Virus record (IMG/VR): IMGVR_UViG_3300009158_000031
Span: 124,001 to 188,000 of that record
Direction: 5' to 3' (one strand)
DNA: 64,000 bases
The notes beneath the pieces are model-generated. The model ran no database searches. It had not been told where the DNA came from and saw only the letters and a list, made by a program, of their open reading frames with translations. How positions within the stretch are numbered: position 1 is the stretch's first letter; each line of letters begins with the position of its first letter. This document shows, piece after piece, positions 46,474 to 56,745 of the stretch. The position numbers and the translations under genes are program-made.

Positions 46474-46959
46474 ATGGGTCTATTTAATTTCTGGTCATGG
46501 CCAGCTGAACTTATCGATGATATACGACAATGGTTTGTTGTTAGATCAGCACTTAAAGAACCGGCTACTGATGCTGAGTTTAAAGCATTTAAAGATCTTG
46601 AAATCAGAAAAGATAAAATTGGTAGATTATATACCGTCGTAAATTTACCCGAAGAACTTTGGCCATATGAAAAAAAGAATATGGCTTGGCCTTATGTCCT
46701 AGATAAATTAAGAACTGTAGATGAACTTCTAATGAGATTGCGTCTAAACGAACTTCTATTTCCAGATGTTAGACCTATCGAAGATTCATTTGCATATTTG
46801 GTAATTCTTTCTCCATCAATTGAATCCTTTTCGATATGGAAATTTTTAAGATGGTTACTTAATTTATCAGTAACTACCGGAACATTATTTTTAATCGATC
46901 GAATAGTACTTAAACTTTCCGGATTAGGTATACTAGATCACTTCATAACATTATTTTGA
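46474..46959 (+). CDS. Hypothetical protein with C-terminal hydrophobic segment
   Basis: Start at ATG 46474 (MGLFNFWSW). Confidence 0.55.
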   Translation: MGLFNFWSWPAELIDDIRQWFVVRSALKEPATDAEFKAFKDLEIRKDKIGRLYTVVNLPEELWPYEKKNMAWPYVLDKLRTVDELLMRLRLNELLFPDVRPIEDSFAYLVILSPSIESFSIWKFLRWLLNLSVTTGTLFLIDRIVLKLSGLGILDHFITLF

Positions 46960-47678
46960 GAACTACAATAGGAAACCACGGTGCTGGTAGATACTATGTT
47001 GTAGACGAAGAGAAACAAATCAAACTCCCATCTGTCACTACTATACTTGGTGAAATGATGGACAAATCCGGTTTGCTAGAATGGCAAAAACGAGTTGGTG
47101 TTGAAGAGGCAGAAAAAATCGCCAAGAAAGCAGCAAATCGAGGAACATTCATGCATGCCGTTTTAGAGAATTATGTTGATAACTTATTCGTTGCACCTAT
47201 AGAAAATGCATTACAAGAATCTTTTAAAAAGGCAGTAGCCGAAAACGATTTCACTGAAGAAGAATTTGAAATTGGTAAGAACTTATTCTTTAACTTTTAT
47301 CAATCCGACTTTTTTAATAAAATTGATGGAGTTCTTTATCAAGAAGAAGCTCTATGGTCTAATCGAGGTGGTGGTTATGCTGGTCGTATGGACTTAGCAG
47401 TTAGGTATAAAGATCAAAAGAAAAAAGTCGTAGATTATAAAACATCTAAAAAACCTAAAAGAGATGATTGGATTCTAGGTTATAAAATGCAAGTATCCGC
47501 TTATGCAGTTGCGTTATACGATCGATTTGGAATTGTCATAGATGAATGTGAAATATGGATATCTTGTGAGACTGGAGATTTACAAACATTTACACTAACA
47601 CAACCAGATATGAAATTTTATTTCGGTGAATTTATGAAGTTAGTTAAAGGTTATCATGAGAAATTCCCACAGAATTAA
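46956..47678 (+). CDS. PD-(D/E)XK exonuclease (RecB/Cas4-like phage family)
   Basis: LPSVTTILG, RGTFMH, YAGRMDLA, VVDYKTS, YKMQVSAYA. Confidence 0.88.
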   Translation: MRTTIGNHGAGRYYVVDEEKQIKLPSVTTILGEMMDKSGLLEWQKRVGVEEAEKIAKKAANRGTFMHAVLENYVDNLFVAPIENALQESFKKAVAENDFTEEEFEIGKNLFFNFYQSDFFNKIDGVLYQEEALWSNRGGGYAGRMDLAVRYKDQKKKVVDYKTSKKPKRDDWILGYKMQVSAYAVALYDRFGIVIDECEIWISCETGDLQTFTLTQPDMKFYFGEFMKLVKGYHEKFPQN

Positions 47679-47691
47679 CATATAATAGAAT

Positions 47692-48345
47692 ATGGCGATA
47701 CCTAAAATTATACATCAAATTTGGATTGGTCCCAAGAAATGCCCTGATAAATTAATACAAACTTGGCGAGATCTACATCCAGAAGAAGATGGTTGGCAAC
47801 ATATACTTTGGACAGATAAAGATGTAGATGATTTCAAAATGAAAAATATCCGTCATTATAATGATATTGAAGAATGGGCAGGAAAAGCAGATGTTTGGCG
47901 ATATGAAATACTTTATCGTTATGGTGGATTCTTTTGTGATGCAGATTCTATTTGCACTAATACATTAGATGATTTTTTCTTTGAACATGATTGTTTTGCT
48001 GGTTTCGAAAATGAACAAGCTAGACCTAATCTAGTGGCAAACGGTTATATCGGTGCTTCAAAAGAAAATCCATTCATGAAAATCCTTATTGATGAGTTAT
48101 ACAAAACTACATCGGTTTCTCATAAATATACTAATCGTATGGCTTGGCAAAATACCGGTCCTCTTTTCTTTACGAACACAATCATTAAACATCAATATCC
48201 AATTTCGGTTTATCCATCATTTGTTTTTATACCTGAACATTATTCAGGAGTCAAATATACAGGAGATAAAAAATCTTACTCTAAACAATTATGGGGTAGT
48301 ACGCAAGAATTTGGAGCTAACCCAAACTTTTATAACGAATTATGA
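47692..48345 (+). CDS. DXD glycosyltransferase (GT32/Gb3-synthase-like)
   Basis: IPKIIHQIWIG, KADVWRYEILYRYGGFFCDAD, TGPLFFT. Confidence 0.9.
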   Translation: MAIPKIIHQIWIGPKKCPDKLIQTWRDLHPEEDGWQHILWTDKDVDDFKMKNIRHYNDIEEWAGKADVWRYEILYRYGGFFCDADSICTNTLDDFFFEHDCFAGFENEQARPNLVANGYIGASKENPFMKILIDELYKTTSVSHKYTNRMAWQNTGPLFFTNTIIKHQYPISVYPSFVFIPEHYSGVKYTGDKKSYSKQLWGSTQEFGANPNFYNEL

Positions 48346-49046
48346 TAGCATCTGTAATTGTTCCTATTTACAATACACCCATTGAATGGCTTAAACTTTC
48401 AATCGAATCGATAAAAGCACAGACATATAAAGATCTGCAAATTTTACTTATTGATGATTGTTCAACCGATCTTGAAGTACAAAAAGCCTGTCAAGAGCTA
48501 GAGGATTCTGATAATAGAATTGAATACTATAGATTAGAAGAAAATCGAGGTATTGCCGGTGCACTTAATGTAGGTTTGCATTATTCGAAATCTGAATGGG
48601 TTTTTAGAATGGATGCCGATGATATTATGTTACCAGGAAGAATTCAATTACAAATGGATTATCTTAAAGAAAATCCAACCGTTGATATTCTTGGTGGTGG
48701 TCTTTTTTATCTAATTAAAAATGAAGATACTTGGAATTATGATCCTAATCCAATAATTCATCCTAATATAATTACTCGTGAAATTGGTAAAAACTCTCAT
48801 TGGTTTATTAATCATCCAACAGTAGTTTACAGAAAATCTAAGATTCGAGAAATTGGTGGTTACGATGAATCTTTACGAGGTCTTCCTGAAGATTATGAAC
48901 TTTGGTGTCGTTCTTTACGTAATGGATTGACCATACATAACATTGCTCTTCCTTTAATATTTCTAAGACTTTCGCCAAAATCACTTTCTCAAAATTTCGA
49001 TTCTAGAGTACTTGATTTTCTAAATCAAAACCAGAAAACCCTATGA
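48342..49046 (+). CDS. GT2 glycosyltransferase
   Basis: VIVPIYNT, IDDCSTD, ALNVGL, RMDADD, NHPTV, EDYELW. Confidence 0.92.
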   Translation: MIASVIVPIYNTPIEWLKLSIESIKAQTYKDLQILLIDDCSTDLEVQKACQELEDSDNRIEYYRLEENRGIAGALNVGLHYSKSEWVFRMDADDIMLPGRIQLQMDYLKENPTVDILGGGLFYLIKNEDTWNYDPNPIIHPNIITREIGKNSHWFINHPTVVYRKSKIREIGGYDESLRGLPEDYELWCRSLRNGLTIHNIALPLIFLRLSPKSLSQNFDSRVLDFLNQNQKTL

Positions 49047-49816
49047 TAACTACTGCATTAATAGGTGGACTTGGAAATTACATGTTCCAAATTGCCACAG
49101 CTCATTCTATCGCTAAAGATGTAAGAACTGATGCCTTTTTTGATTTAAGTAGAACCGGCCAATCACAAAGACACATCAATTATTATTTAGATAATATCTT
49201 CAAAAATGTAAAGTTCGGAACCCCAATCCCGAAATACTTATATAACGAGAAAAAATTCAGTTTTGATACGATCCCAGCAGTAGATGATTTATATTTAAGC
49301 GGATATTTTCAAAGTGAAAAGTATTTTGAAAAATACGCTAAAGAAATACGAGATCTATTTAGATGCAAAGAAACTGAAATTAAATTAAGGGAACATATCT
49401 CACAAATCGATTTTACTTGCTCAATACATGTTAGACGAGGAGATTATCTTCAATATCCGAATAAACACAATCAATCACCTGCAGATTATTATAAAACAGC
49501 AATTCAATTAGTAAAAGATCAATTTCCTAATTATGAAGTAACTTTTCTGGTATTCTCTGATGATATACAATGGTGTAAAAATCATTTCATTGGAATGGAA
49601 TATATGTTCATTGAAGGATTCGAAGATTGGGAAGACATGATACTCATGTCTTTATGTGATGCTAATATTATAACAAATTCCACCTTTTCTTGGTGGGCAG
49701 CTTGGTTAGGTGAAACTCCTAATAAGCTAATCATTGCACCAGAAAAATGGTTTGGTTCAGAAGGACCACAAGATCAACAAGATATTATACCTGAACGATG
49801 GATAAAATTAAGATAA
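49043..49816 (+). CDS. GT11 alpha-1,2-fucosyl/colitosyltransferase
   Basis: GGLGNYMFQ, GYFQSEKYF, SIHVRRGDY, FSDDIQWCK, NSTFSWWAAWL. Confidence 0.92.
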   Translation: MITTALIGGLGNYMFQIATAHSIAKDVRTDAFFDLSRTGQSQRHINYYLDNIFKNVKFGTPIPKYLYNEKKFSFDTIPAVDDLYLSGYFQSEKYFEKYAKEIRDLFRCKETEIKLREHISQIDFTCSIHVRRGDYLQYPNKHNQSPADYYKTAIQLVKDQFPNYEVTFLVFSDDIQWCKNHFIGMEYMFIEGFEDWEDMILMSLCDANIITNSTFSWWAAWLGETPNKLIIAPEKWFGSEGPQDQQDIIPERWIKLR

Positions 49817-50628
49817 GAGATTATGCCTTTGCTCATGCAAAGTACAGTACAGATTTTCAAAACTCTCAATTTATTGAATGGGATAGAGGACCTATAACTG
49901 CTGAAGACAAAGTGGTATTCTATACTGACAATTCATTAGAATTAGTTCACCGAGAATCTTCGCAAAATGCACATTGTAAAAAGATTGCATGGTTGCTAGA
50001 ACCGGTGGATGTATGTCCTCATTCATACGATTTCATCCGAATAACTCGTTATTTTGATTTAGTTCTTTCGCATAACATAGATTTCGTAAATGAAATGCAA
50101 AATCGAGGAGTTGAAGCATTATGGGTACCATTTGGTGGTTGTTGGATAAAACCAGAAGATCAACGAATATATGATAAACATGGAATGACTTCAATCATTG
50201 CATCAGATAAACAAATGACGGTTGGTCATCGTTTACGACACTCAGTCATTGCAGCAACTAGAGATAAACTAACTGTTCGAGGAAGAGGCTATACGCCTGT
50301 TGATTATAAGCTCGATTTACTCAAAGATTTTAGATTCCATGTAGTTATTGAAAACGCTAATATTGCTGGTTGGTTTACTGAAAAGCTAATTGATTGCTTT
50401 AGAACAGGAACCGTTCCTATTTATTGGGGAAATCCTCTGATCGAAGAAATTTTTGATCGTGAAGGAATGATACTTTGCTACAATGAACAACAAATTATTG
50501 ATGCAATAAATTCTGTTACTCTAGAAAAATATGATACGATGAAAGAGGCAATACAACGAAATTTCGAAATTGCACAAACCTACCTAATTGCCGAAGATTA
50601 TATCTATAAAAATATTCTCAATAAATGA
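49798..50628 (+). CDS. GT10-like fucosyltransferase-family protein
   Basis: FRFHVVIEN..GWFTEKLIDCFRTGTVPIYWG. Confidence 0.78.
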   Translation: MDKIKIRDYAFAHAKYSTDFQNSQFIEWDRGPITAEDKVVFYTDNSLELVHRESSQNAHCKKIAWLLEPVDVCPHSYDFIRITRYFDLVLSHNIDFVNEMQNRGVEALWVPFGGCWIKPEDQRIYDKHGMTSIIASDKQMTVGHRLRHSVIAATRDKLTVRGRGYTPVDYKLDLLKDFRFHVVIENANIAGWFTEKLIDCFRTGTVPIYWGNPLIEEIFDREGMILCYNEQQIIDAINSVTLEKYDTMKEAIQRNFEIAQTYLIAEDYIYKNILNK

Positions 50629-51551
50629 AACAAAAAATTCTAATAACTGGATCTAATGGAATGGTTGGTAAAGACCTTATTAGATTAATAGAAGACGAAG
50701 GGTTATACTCAGTAATAGGAGTTCCTTCTAAAGTATATGATCTTAGAGATTCTCAAGAAGTATTTGGTTTATTGAGACTCAATAAACCGGATATTGTAGT
50801 TCATTTAGCTGCAAAAGTCGGAGGAATTGTAGATAACATAGAAAAACCTGCAGAATACACAGAAGATAATTTACTAATGAATACGAACATCGTATCAGCT
50901 TCTCGTAATTTTGGAGTAAAAAGATTAATTGGAATTCTTTCAACTTGTGCATATCCTGATAAAGTTGAAATTTATCCCATGACAGAAGAACAACTTCATG
51001 ATGGTCCACCGGCACCAACTAATTTTGGTTATGGTATATCTAAACGTTGTATGGCATCTCATATAGATGCAATCAATAAACAATATGGATTGGAATATCA
51101 ATATCTAATTCCCTGCAATTTATATGGAGAACACGATAAATTTGATAATCAAAGAGCACATTTCATATCAGCTCTAATCAAAAAGATATTAGATGCTAAA
51201 GAACAAAATGCAGAAGAAGTAACCCTATTTGGTGATGGAACTCCTCTTCGTCAATTTATGCATTCTAGAGATTTAGCTAACATCATATATGAATGTATCA
51301 AAAATGATATAACCGAATCAATGAATGTGGCAACTGAAGATAATTTATCTATTGATGAAATGGCACATATTGCTAGAACTTCTTTAGGTGCCGATCATAT
51401 AAAAATAAAATACGATATCACCAAACCAAATGGTCAATTTCGTAAAGATGTTTCAATACAAAAATTACGTAAACATTTCCCTGACTTTAAGTTCACTACT
51501 TTAAGCGAAGGAATCAAACAAATATATCAAACTTATGCAAAAAGCAATTAA
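50625..51551 (+). CDS. fcl: GDP-L-fucose synthase-like epimerase/reductase (Fcl/WcaG; ColC in this context)
   Basis: ITGSNGMVG, HLAAKVGGI, LSTCAYP, PTNFGYGISKR, PCNLYG, GDGTPLRQF, GQFRKD. Confidence 0.88.
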   Translation: MKQKILITGSNGMVGKDLIRLIEDEGLYSVIGVPSKVYDLRDSQEVFGLLRLNKPDIVVHLAAKVGGIVDNIEKPAEYTEDNLLMNTNIVSASRNFGVKRLIGILSTCAYPDKVEIYPMTEEQLHDGPPAPTNFGYGISKRCMASHIDAINKQYGLEYQYLIPCNLYGEHDKFDNQRAHFISALIKKILDAKEQNAEEVTLFGDGTPLRQFMHSRDLANIIYECIKNDITESMNVATEDNLSIDEMAHIARTSLGADHIKIKYDITKPNGQFRKDVSIQKLRKHFPDFKFTTLSEGIKQIYQTYAKSN

Positions 51552-52713
51552 GTTAGTATCCGACACAATTGATAAGAAAGATCTAAAGGCTCTATCTGAT
51601 TGGATGTTACACTCAGAAACTCCACAATTAACAAAAGGTCCTTTAACAATTGAATTTGAAAAGAATTGGTCAGAATGGTTAGGTGTAAAACATACGACTT
51701 TCGTAAACTCCGGTTCATCTGCAATTCTTTTGGCGCTTGCCGCATTAAAAGAAACAAATCGTTTAAGAAACGAAAAAGTCGTAGTTCCTGCATTGAGTTG
51801 GGTAACCGATGTTAGTTCTGTTATGCAATTAGGAATGACTCCTATTTTATGTGATTGTAATAATGAAGATCTTTCATTAGATCTCGATGATTTAGAGAAG
51901 ATATTTATTGAAGCAAATCCTTCAGTAATGATTTTAGTTTCCGTTCTTGGTCTAGTACCAGATATGAATAATGTTGTTAAGCTTTGTAAAAAATATGGAG
52001 TTTATCTTATTGAAGATGTATGTGAAAGTATGGGATCTTCTTATAATGGAAATAAACTAGGAACCTTTGGTGACATATCTTTATTTTCACTTTACTATGG
52101 ACATCATATTTCAACTATTGAAGGTGGTTTAATTTGTACTAATAACGAAGAGCTAAATACCATAATTCGATCAATGAGATCTCATGGTTGGGATCGCGAT
52201 TGGAACGATAAAACCAAACGAGAATATAGAGATCTATATGATATATCAGAATTTGATTCAATGTATACATTCTATTATCCAGGGTATAATCTCAGATCTA
52301 CTGATTTACAAGCCTTCATTGGTTTACGCCAAATAGGAAAGATCGACGAATTTGCTAAACTTCGTTCGTATAATTTCACGATCTATCAAGAACTTTTATC
52401 AGAATACAATGAATTAGATATTGAATATCGAGAAAATACATTTATTTCTAATTTTGCATATCCTATGGTACATGCAAATCGAGAAAAAATTATTACTGCT
52501 CTTCGAGAAAAAAATATTGAAGTTCGACCTTTAATTGCCGGAAATATGGCAAACAAACCATTTTGGAAAATGAAATATGGTGATCGAGATGATTACTTCT
52601 TCAATTGTGTTGACATTGATAAATGTGGATTCTATCTACCAAATCATCAAGGTTTAATCCGGGAAGACATTGAATTCATATGTTCAATAATTATCAAACA
52701 TGCAAAATCTTAA
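51535..52713 (+). CDS. colD: GDP-4-keto-6-deoxymannose 3-dehydratase (ColD-like PLP enzyme)
   Basis: FVNSGSSA, EDVCES, SLYYGHHISTIEGG (His in place of the catalytic Lys, as in ColD), RSHGW, GYNLRSTDLQA, RPLIAGN. Confidence 0.8.
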   Translation: MQKAIKLVSDTIDKKDLKALSDWMLHSETPQLTKGPLTIEFEKNWSEWLGVKHTTFVNSGSSAILLALAALKETNRLRNEKVVVPALSWVTDVSSVMQLGMTPILCDCNNEDLSLDLDDLEKIFIEANPSVMILVSVLGLVPDMNNVVKLCKKYGVYLIEDVCESMGSSYNGNKLGTFGDISLFSLYYGHHISTIEGGLICTNNEELNTIIRSMRSHGWDRDWNDKTKREYRDLYDISEFDSMYTFYYPGYNLRSTDLQAFIGLRQIGKIDEFAKLRSYNFTIYQELLSEYNELDIEYRENTFISNFAYPMVHANREKIITALREKNIEVRPLIAGNMANKPFWKMKYGDRDDYFFNCVDIDKCGFYLPNHQGLIREDIEFICSIIIKHAKS

Positions 52714-52752
52714 TATTAAAACAATCATATAAAATAAAACAAACAAATTAAA

Positions 52753-53268
52753 ATGAAAGTAGTTAAAGCAAACGACGTTCCTACTCAGGAACAAACAAAA
52801 ACAGGTGCAATTAATGAAGTATTAGTTGCTCAATTGGTGGAAAAATTTGATAACATGAAAATGTTAGTAGATACTAAAAAGTACTCTATTCTTTTAGATG
52901 AAAATCAAACAAATGCATTGATGAACGAATTCTATCCAGCATTTCAATGGAAAGGTTACGAATCTTATGCAGTGGCAGAAACCTATAATCAATTAAGTGA
53001 AATGGTTAAAGATAACAAAATCGATTCAGGTGCTGATGCTCCTATTATTGAAGCTATCTTTCACTTCTTAAAAAATTATATTGGAACTGGTGTTGATTCT
53101 GCTACTAAATTCCGTTCAATTTGCGATCAATTTGCATTACCTATGCAAGACATCAATACTGATCGTCAAACATTGAAAGATGTTGCTCTAGAATTAACTG
53201 CAGCGGAAAAAGGAATTACCGTAGAATCATTAGTAAATTCATTCGATCCAGAAAAACGAAATATATAA
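52753..53268 (+). CDS. Hypothetical protein
   Basis: 171-aa helical ORF. Confidence 0.6.
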   Translation: MKVVKANDVPTQEQTKTGAINEVLVAQLVEKFDNMKMLVDTKKYSILLDENQTNALMNEFYPAFQWKGYESYAVAETYNQLSEMVKDNKIDSGADAPIIEAIFHFLKNYIGTGVDSATKFRSICDQFALPMQDINTDRQTLKDVALELTAAEKGITVESLVNSFDPEKRNI

Positions 53269-53284
53269 TAGAAAGAAACTCCTA

Positions 53285-53524
53285 ATGTTCAAGAAATTCT
53301 TTCAATTTATAAGTGAAGGCAAAAAACCAAAACCGCATGAGATCCAACAAGCTGACCCTCAAAGTCCTCCTGTAGATCCATCAATAGTAACTAAATGCCC
53401 TAAGTGTGGAAGTACTGGTATGATTTGCGATTGCTATACTGATGATTATTATAATGCAAAGCTGCCTCAACAGGCACCAAGACCTAATAAAAAAGTAAAA
53501 CCTAAAACGAAAAAAGATGAATAA
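53285..53524 (+). CDS. Small CTS-like, Cys-containing protein
   Basis: MFKKFFQFISEG; CPKCG..CDC. Confidence 0.55.
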   Translation: MFKKFFQFISEGKKPKPHEIQQADPQSPPVDPSIVTKCPKCGSTGMICDCYTDDYYNAKLPQQAPRPNKKVKPKTKKDE

Positions 53525-53807
53525 ATTCGAACAATTCATAGAGAAACATTTTAACAAATTAGCTTTATTTTTGTTGATTGTTACTTTCCTAAATACATGC
53601 GGAAACCCAAACAAAGTTACAAACAAACGTTTAGATGCTTTAACAACTAAGATTGATTCTTTACAATCAATTACTGTTAATATAAAAGATCTTCAAATCG
53701 AAGGACTTAAAGCCGAAAAACGAATGATACAATCAACCGATCGTAAAATGTTAGACGTTAGTCGTCAAACAGAAATCGATAAAGAGATTGAAAAACTTTC
53801 CAAGTAA
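53517..53807 (+). CDS. Putative lipoprotein/spanin-like coiled coil
   Basis: LALFLLIVTFLNTC-GN, then a coiled coil. Confidence 0.45.
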   Translation: MNKFEQFIEKHFNKLALFLLIVTFLNTCGNPNKVTNKRLDALTTKIDSLQSITVNIKDLQIEGLKAEKRMIQSTDRKMLDVSRQTEIDKEIEKLSK

Positions 53808-53812
53808 TATAT

Positions 53813-53841
53813 AAAAGAACCGAGCAATCGGTTCCTTTTTT
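53813..53841 (+). terminator. Rho-independent terminator
   Basis: gaaccga-GCAA-tcggttc followed by ctttttt. Confidence 0.8.
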
Positions 53842-53851
53842 GTTAATAATT

Positions 53852-53877
53852 AGGAGATCTAAATGATCTCCTTTTTG
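53852..53877 (+). terminator. Second tandem terminator-like hairpin
   Basis: aggagatc-taaat-gatctcct followed by tttt. Confidence 0.6.
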
Positions 53878-53899
53878 CATATAAATAATATACATAAAA

Positions 53900-54277
53900 A
53901 TGAAAGTTACCAAAAGCATTAAATTAGAAGATTATCTTTTCCTTGAAATCGAAAGAATTATCAATGAAGATAATTCTATAGAAAAACACTTTTACTTAAA
54001 AGATGACGAAAATAAAATTCGTCAGAAATTAGCAGTATTAAGCGATCTAAGATGGTCATCTCATAATCCAATGGCATTGGATAAATTTTTTAAAATATCA
54101 AAACAATATAAGGTGCCTATAACAAATAACATCAATAAAGGATTGGATTTCGAACATGAAATAAGTATTCAAAAGAGATTTAATTGTTTCAGCCGAACAT
54201 TCAAAATTAGAGTAACTAGATTAACCAATCAAACAGCCAGAAATACAAGAAATGCAATACAGAATATACTTGGATGA
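53900..54277 (+). CDS. Hypothetical protein
   Basis: 125-aa ORF preceded by TATAAATA at 53880. Confidence 0.55.
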   Translation: MKVTKSIKLEDYLFLEIERIINEDNSIEKHFYLKDDENKIRQKLAVLSDLRWSSHNPMALDKFFKISKQYKVPITNNINKGLDFEHEISIQKRFNCFSRTFKIRVTRLTNQTARNTRNAIQNILG

Positions 54278-54725
54278 TGTAAGAACTCCAGTCGATAAAG
54301 ACTCTTGGGTGATTGTTAGAAATTATGAAAAATTCATAGCTAAAGTTAGCGAATTAGGATTGAAGAACATTTCAACAATCTCATTAGATCATGATTTAGG
54401 CGATGGAGCTATGAGTGAATACTTCAATAATGTATCACCAAATTATAAGTTAGATTATAACAACATCAATGAAAAAACAGGAATGGATTGTACTAAATGG
54501 TTGATTAATCATTTTTACGAAATCAATCCTAAGAGAACGGAAATGACACGTTTTGATAGAAAATCTGTTCCATTAATATTTCCTACCGTATATGTACATT
54601 CTGCAAATCCAATTGGAAGCGCTAATATGATGGGATATATCAATAACTTCTTAATGAATGAAGGTGCTCCTCAAACATGTGTTAGAGTTCGTATCGATCA
54701 TACTATGGAAACTATCATCGAATAA
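54252..54725 (+). CDS. Cyclic-phosphate-processing receiver-like domain protein
   Basis: IYLDDVRTP, ISLDHDLG, TGMDCTKWL, VHSANPIG. Confidence 0.82.
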   Translation: MQYRIYLDDVRTPVDKDSWVIVRNYEKFIAKVSELGLKNISTISLDHDLGDGAMSEYFNNVSPNYKLDYNNINEKTGMDCTKWLINHFYEINPKRTEMTRFDRKSVPLIFPTVYVHSANPIGSANMMGYINNFLMNEGAPQTCVRVRIDHTMETIIE

Positions 54726-54748
54726 ATAAAGAAAATATACTTACGTCA

Positions 54749-55546
54749 ATGAACAAACGCGACAACATAATTAAATGGACAATCATTGGAATCTTTGTTG
54801 GCTTATATGCCATGGTTTCAGCTATCTCCACTATTCACGTTATCGATTTCTTTCGTTTAAGTAATCCAAATTGGTTGGCAATTACTTTAGCGATTGCATT
54901 CGAGATTGGTGCTGCTGCATCGTTAGGTGCTATCGTAATCCTAGATAAAACTTCTCGTTTTATGGTTTGGATGTTATTCTTAATTATAACTGCAATGCAG
55001 ATGATGGGAAATATGTATTATGCATATACTCATTTAACCGAATATCAATCTTGGTCTGAGCTATTTGGATTGATTGAAGACGAACCCATTTATCAAAAAC
55101 GAATACTTTCATTAATTTCTGGTGCAATTTTACCTTTAGTTGCACTTGGATTTATCAAATCCCTAGTTGATTATATTAGACCTTCAAAAGAACAACATTT
55201 AACCGATAAAGAAATACAGAAAGAGGCTATCATAAAGACGATGAAATCTGACGAGAAATCTAATATATATGATACTCCTGAAGTAAAAGAAAAAATGTTA
55301 GCCGATTTATTTACAAAAGATGAGGTTATTGAAGAAGACGTTCAAGTTAGTCCTAGCATCGAATCCGAAGAAAATCCTCATAATATCACAATAGAATCGG
55401 TAGAGAATAAAGAAGAATGGCCACCAAAAGAAGAAATTCAATTCTATAAAGGACCTACTGCTAGCGAATCGTCAACTTTACCTAAAGAACCACAAACTGT
55501 TAATACTATAGAAGAGCTAAGACACTTCAATAAGATGCATGCATAA
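54749..55546 (+). CDS. Multi-TM membrane protein with acidic C-terminal tail
   Basis: Four hydrophobic helices in the first 140 aa. Confidence 0.65.
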   Translation: MNKRDNIIKWTIIGIFVGLYAMVSAISTIHVIDFFRLSNPNWLAITLAIAFEIGAAASLGAIVILDKTSRFMVWMLFLIITAMQMMGNMYYAYTHLTEYQSWSELFGLIEDEPIYQKRILSLISGAILPLVALGFIKSLVDYIRPSKEQHLTDKEIQKEAIIKTMKSDEKSNIYDTPEVKEKMLADLFTKDEVIEEDVQVSPSIESEENPHNITIESVENKEEWPPKEEIQFYKGPTASESSTLPKEPQTVNTIEELRHFNKMHA

Positions 55547-55580
55547 TCAATGAGATAAATATAAAAACATCTCATTTTAA

Positions 55581-56123
55581 ATGGACATAGTATCATCGGG
55601 TAGTAGTATCAATGGAATTTCTCAATTTGGAACGGCATTTATGGACTTGCAAGAGAATTTCTGTTGCTGGGACACGGATAACCGACATATCATTCGTTGG
55701 ATTGGTTGTAATCCATCTATTTACAAAAACAACAAAAATGTATTTTCTGCAGCCGATTTAGCATTCTGTAATTGGTATCAGGTAGTAGATTCTTATCAAT
55801 TTACTATTGTAGAAATGGCTCCTGAAGCATTAGTTGAGGTTGCTTTAAATTCAAAGTACTTAATGATGAAAGTTATATGGCCAACCGGAACTACTGGACC
55901 ATTAGAATCTGCTAAAACTATAGAAGTTCAAATTAATGAACAGGCTGGTTATGTTGGTTCTACCGTACCTGTTAATATCGAATCTCCTAGTCCTGCTAGA
56001 TATAACACATATGTTATGAAAGATGTATTTACTCTTAATTCAGAATCTCTTTTAACTAGCAATTTAATTCTAAACAATATATCTGCCTATACGGTAGATG
56101 TTGCAATATTATACGCAAAATAA
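55581..56123 (+). CDS. Hypothetical (probable virion) beta-rich protein
   Basis: GATAAATA upstream; 180 aa. Confidence 0.5.
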   Translation: MDIVSSGSSINGISQFGTAFMDLQENFCCWDTDNRHIIRWIGCNPSIYKNNKNVFSAADLAFCNWYQVVDSYQFTIVEMAPEALVEVALNSKYLMMKVIWPTGTTGPLESAKTIEVQINEQAGYVGSTVPVNIESPSPARYNTYVMKDVFTLNSESLLTSNLILNNISAYTVDVAILYAK

Positions 56124-56133
56124 ATAAAAAACA

Positions 56134-56451
56134 ATGTCTATAGCAAGTAGAAATACATTAAAAACCGGATTTGTTGCAGGTACTGCAGCAACCGCAACTA
56201 AATTTGCAGATTTAATCGATTCTGCATTTAACCGAAATGATGACTCTTTAGTATTAGGTCCAACCGGAATGACTGGTGTTTATGGTCTATTAGGTCCAAC
56301 TGGTGGAACTTATATGGGAATGTTCATCTCTCCATCTTACGCTGGATTTACTGGAGCTTCTGGAATGACTGGTCAAACTATTTTTGACGGTTATACCATG
56401 TATGTTTATAGTGGAGTAAATTGGGTAAAATTTGGTGGTACTTCAGTTTAA
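56134..56451 (+). CDS. Small virion-type protein with GxTG repeats
   Basis: SRNTLKTGF..TKFADLIDS N-terminus; GPTGMTG, GPTGGT, GFTGASGMTGQT. Confidence 0.55.
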   Translation: MSIASRNTLKTGFVAGTAATATKFADLIDSAFNRNDDSLVLGPTGMTGVYGLLGPTGGTYMGMFISPSYAGFTGASGMTGQTIFDGYTMYVYSGVNWVKFGGTSV

Positions 56452-56484
56452 GTAACTTCATATAATTACTAAAACCAATTATAT

Positions 56485-56745
56485 ATGTCACAAAAGAAAA
56501 GTGTTACTAATGCTGGTGAAGCTATCTCAGTATTAATTCAAACCGCAGAATTAGCTCAATCAAGAGGAATCTTATCGTTAGATGATGCATTCCTGGTAAA
56601 GCAATCAATTGATTTGCTTGATGCAATGGCTAAGGCTGCACAACGTATGGATGGACCAATTCCTCCAGGACATCCTGTTCCTGAAACGGCAATTCCTACA
56701 TATGATGAAAATCAAGTTTTAAACGAAAGTGCAAAAACCAAATAA
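56485..56745 (+). CDS. Hypothetical protein
   Basis: 86-aa ORF. Confidence 0.55.
   Translation: MSQKKSVTNAGEAISVLIQTAELAQSRGILSLDDAFLVKQSIDLLDAMAKAAQRMDGPIPPGHPVPETAIPTYDENQVLNESAKTK

Noticed and set aside
46956-47678. Cas4-like nuclease as evidence of a CRISPR-Cas system
   Set aside because: It is a stand-alone PD-(D/E)XK exonuclease common in T4-like phages; there is no array or other cas gene.
53517-53807. MNKFEQFIEK start as another capsid-targeting sequence
   Set aside because: It is followed immediately by a hydrophobic helix and a lipobox-like Cys, which fits an exported membrane protein better.
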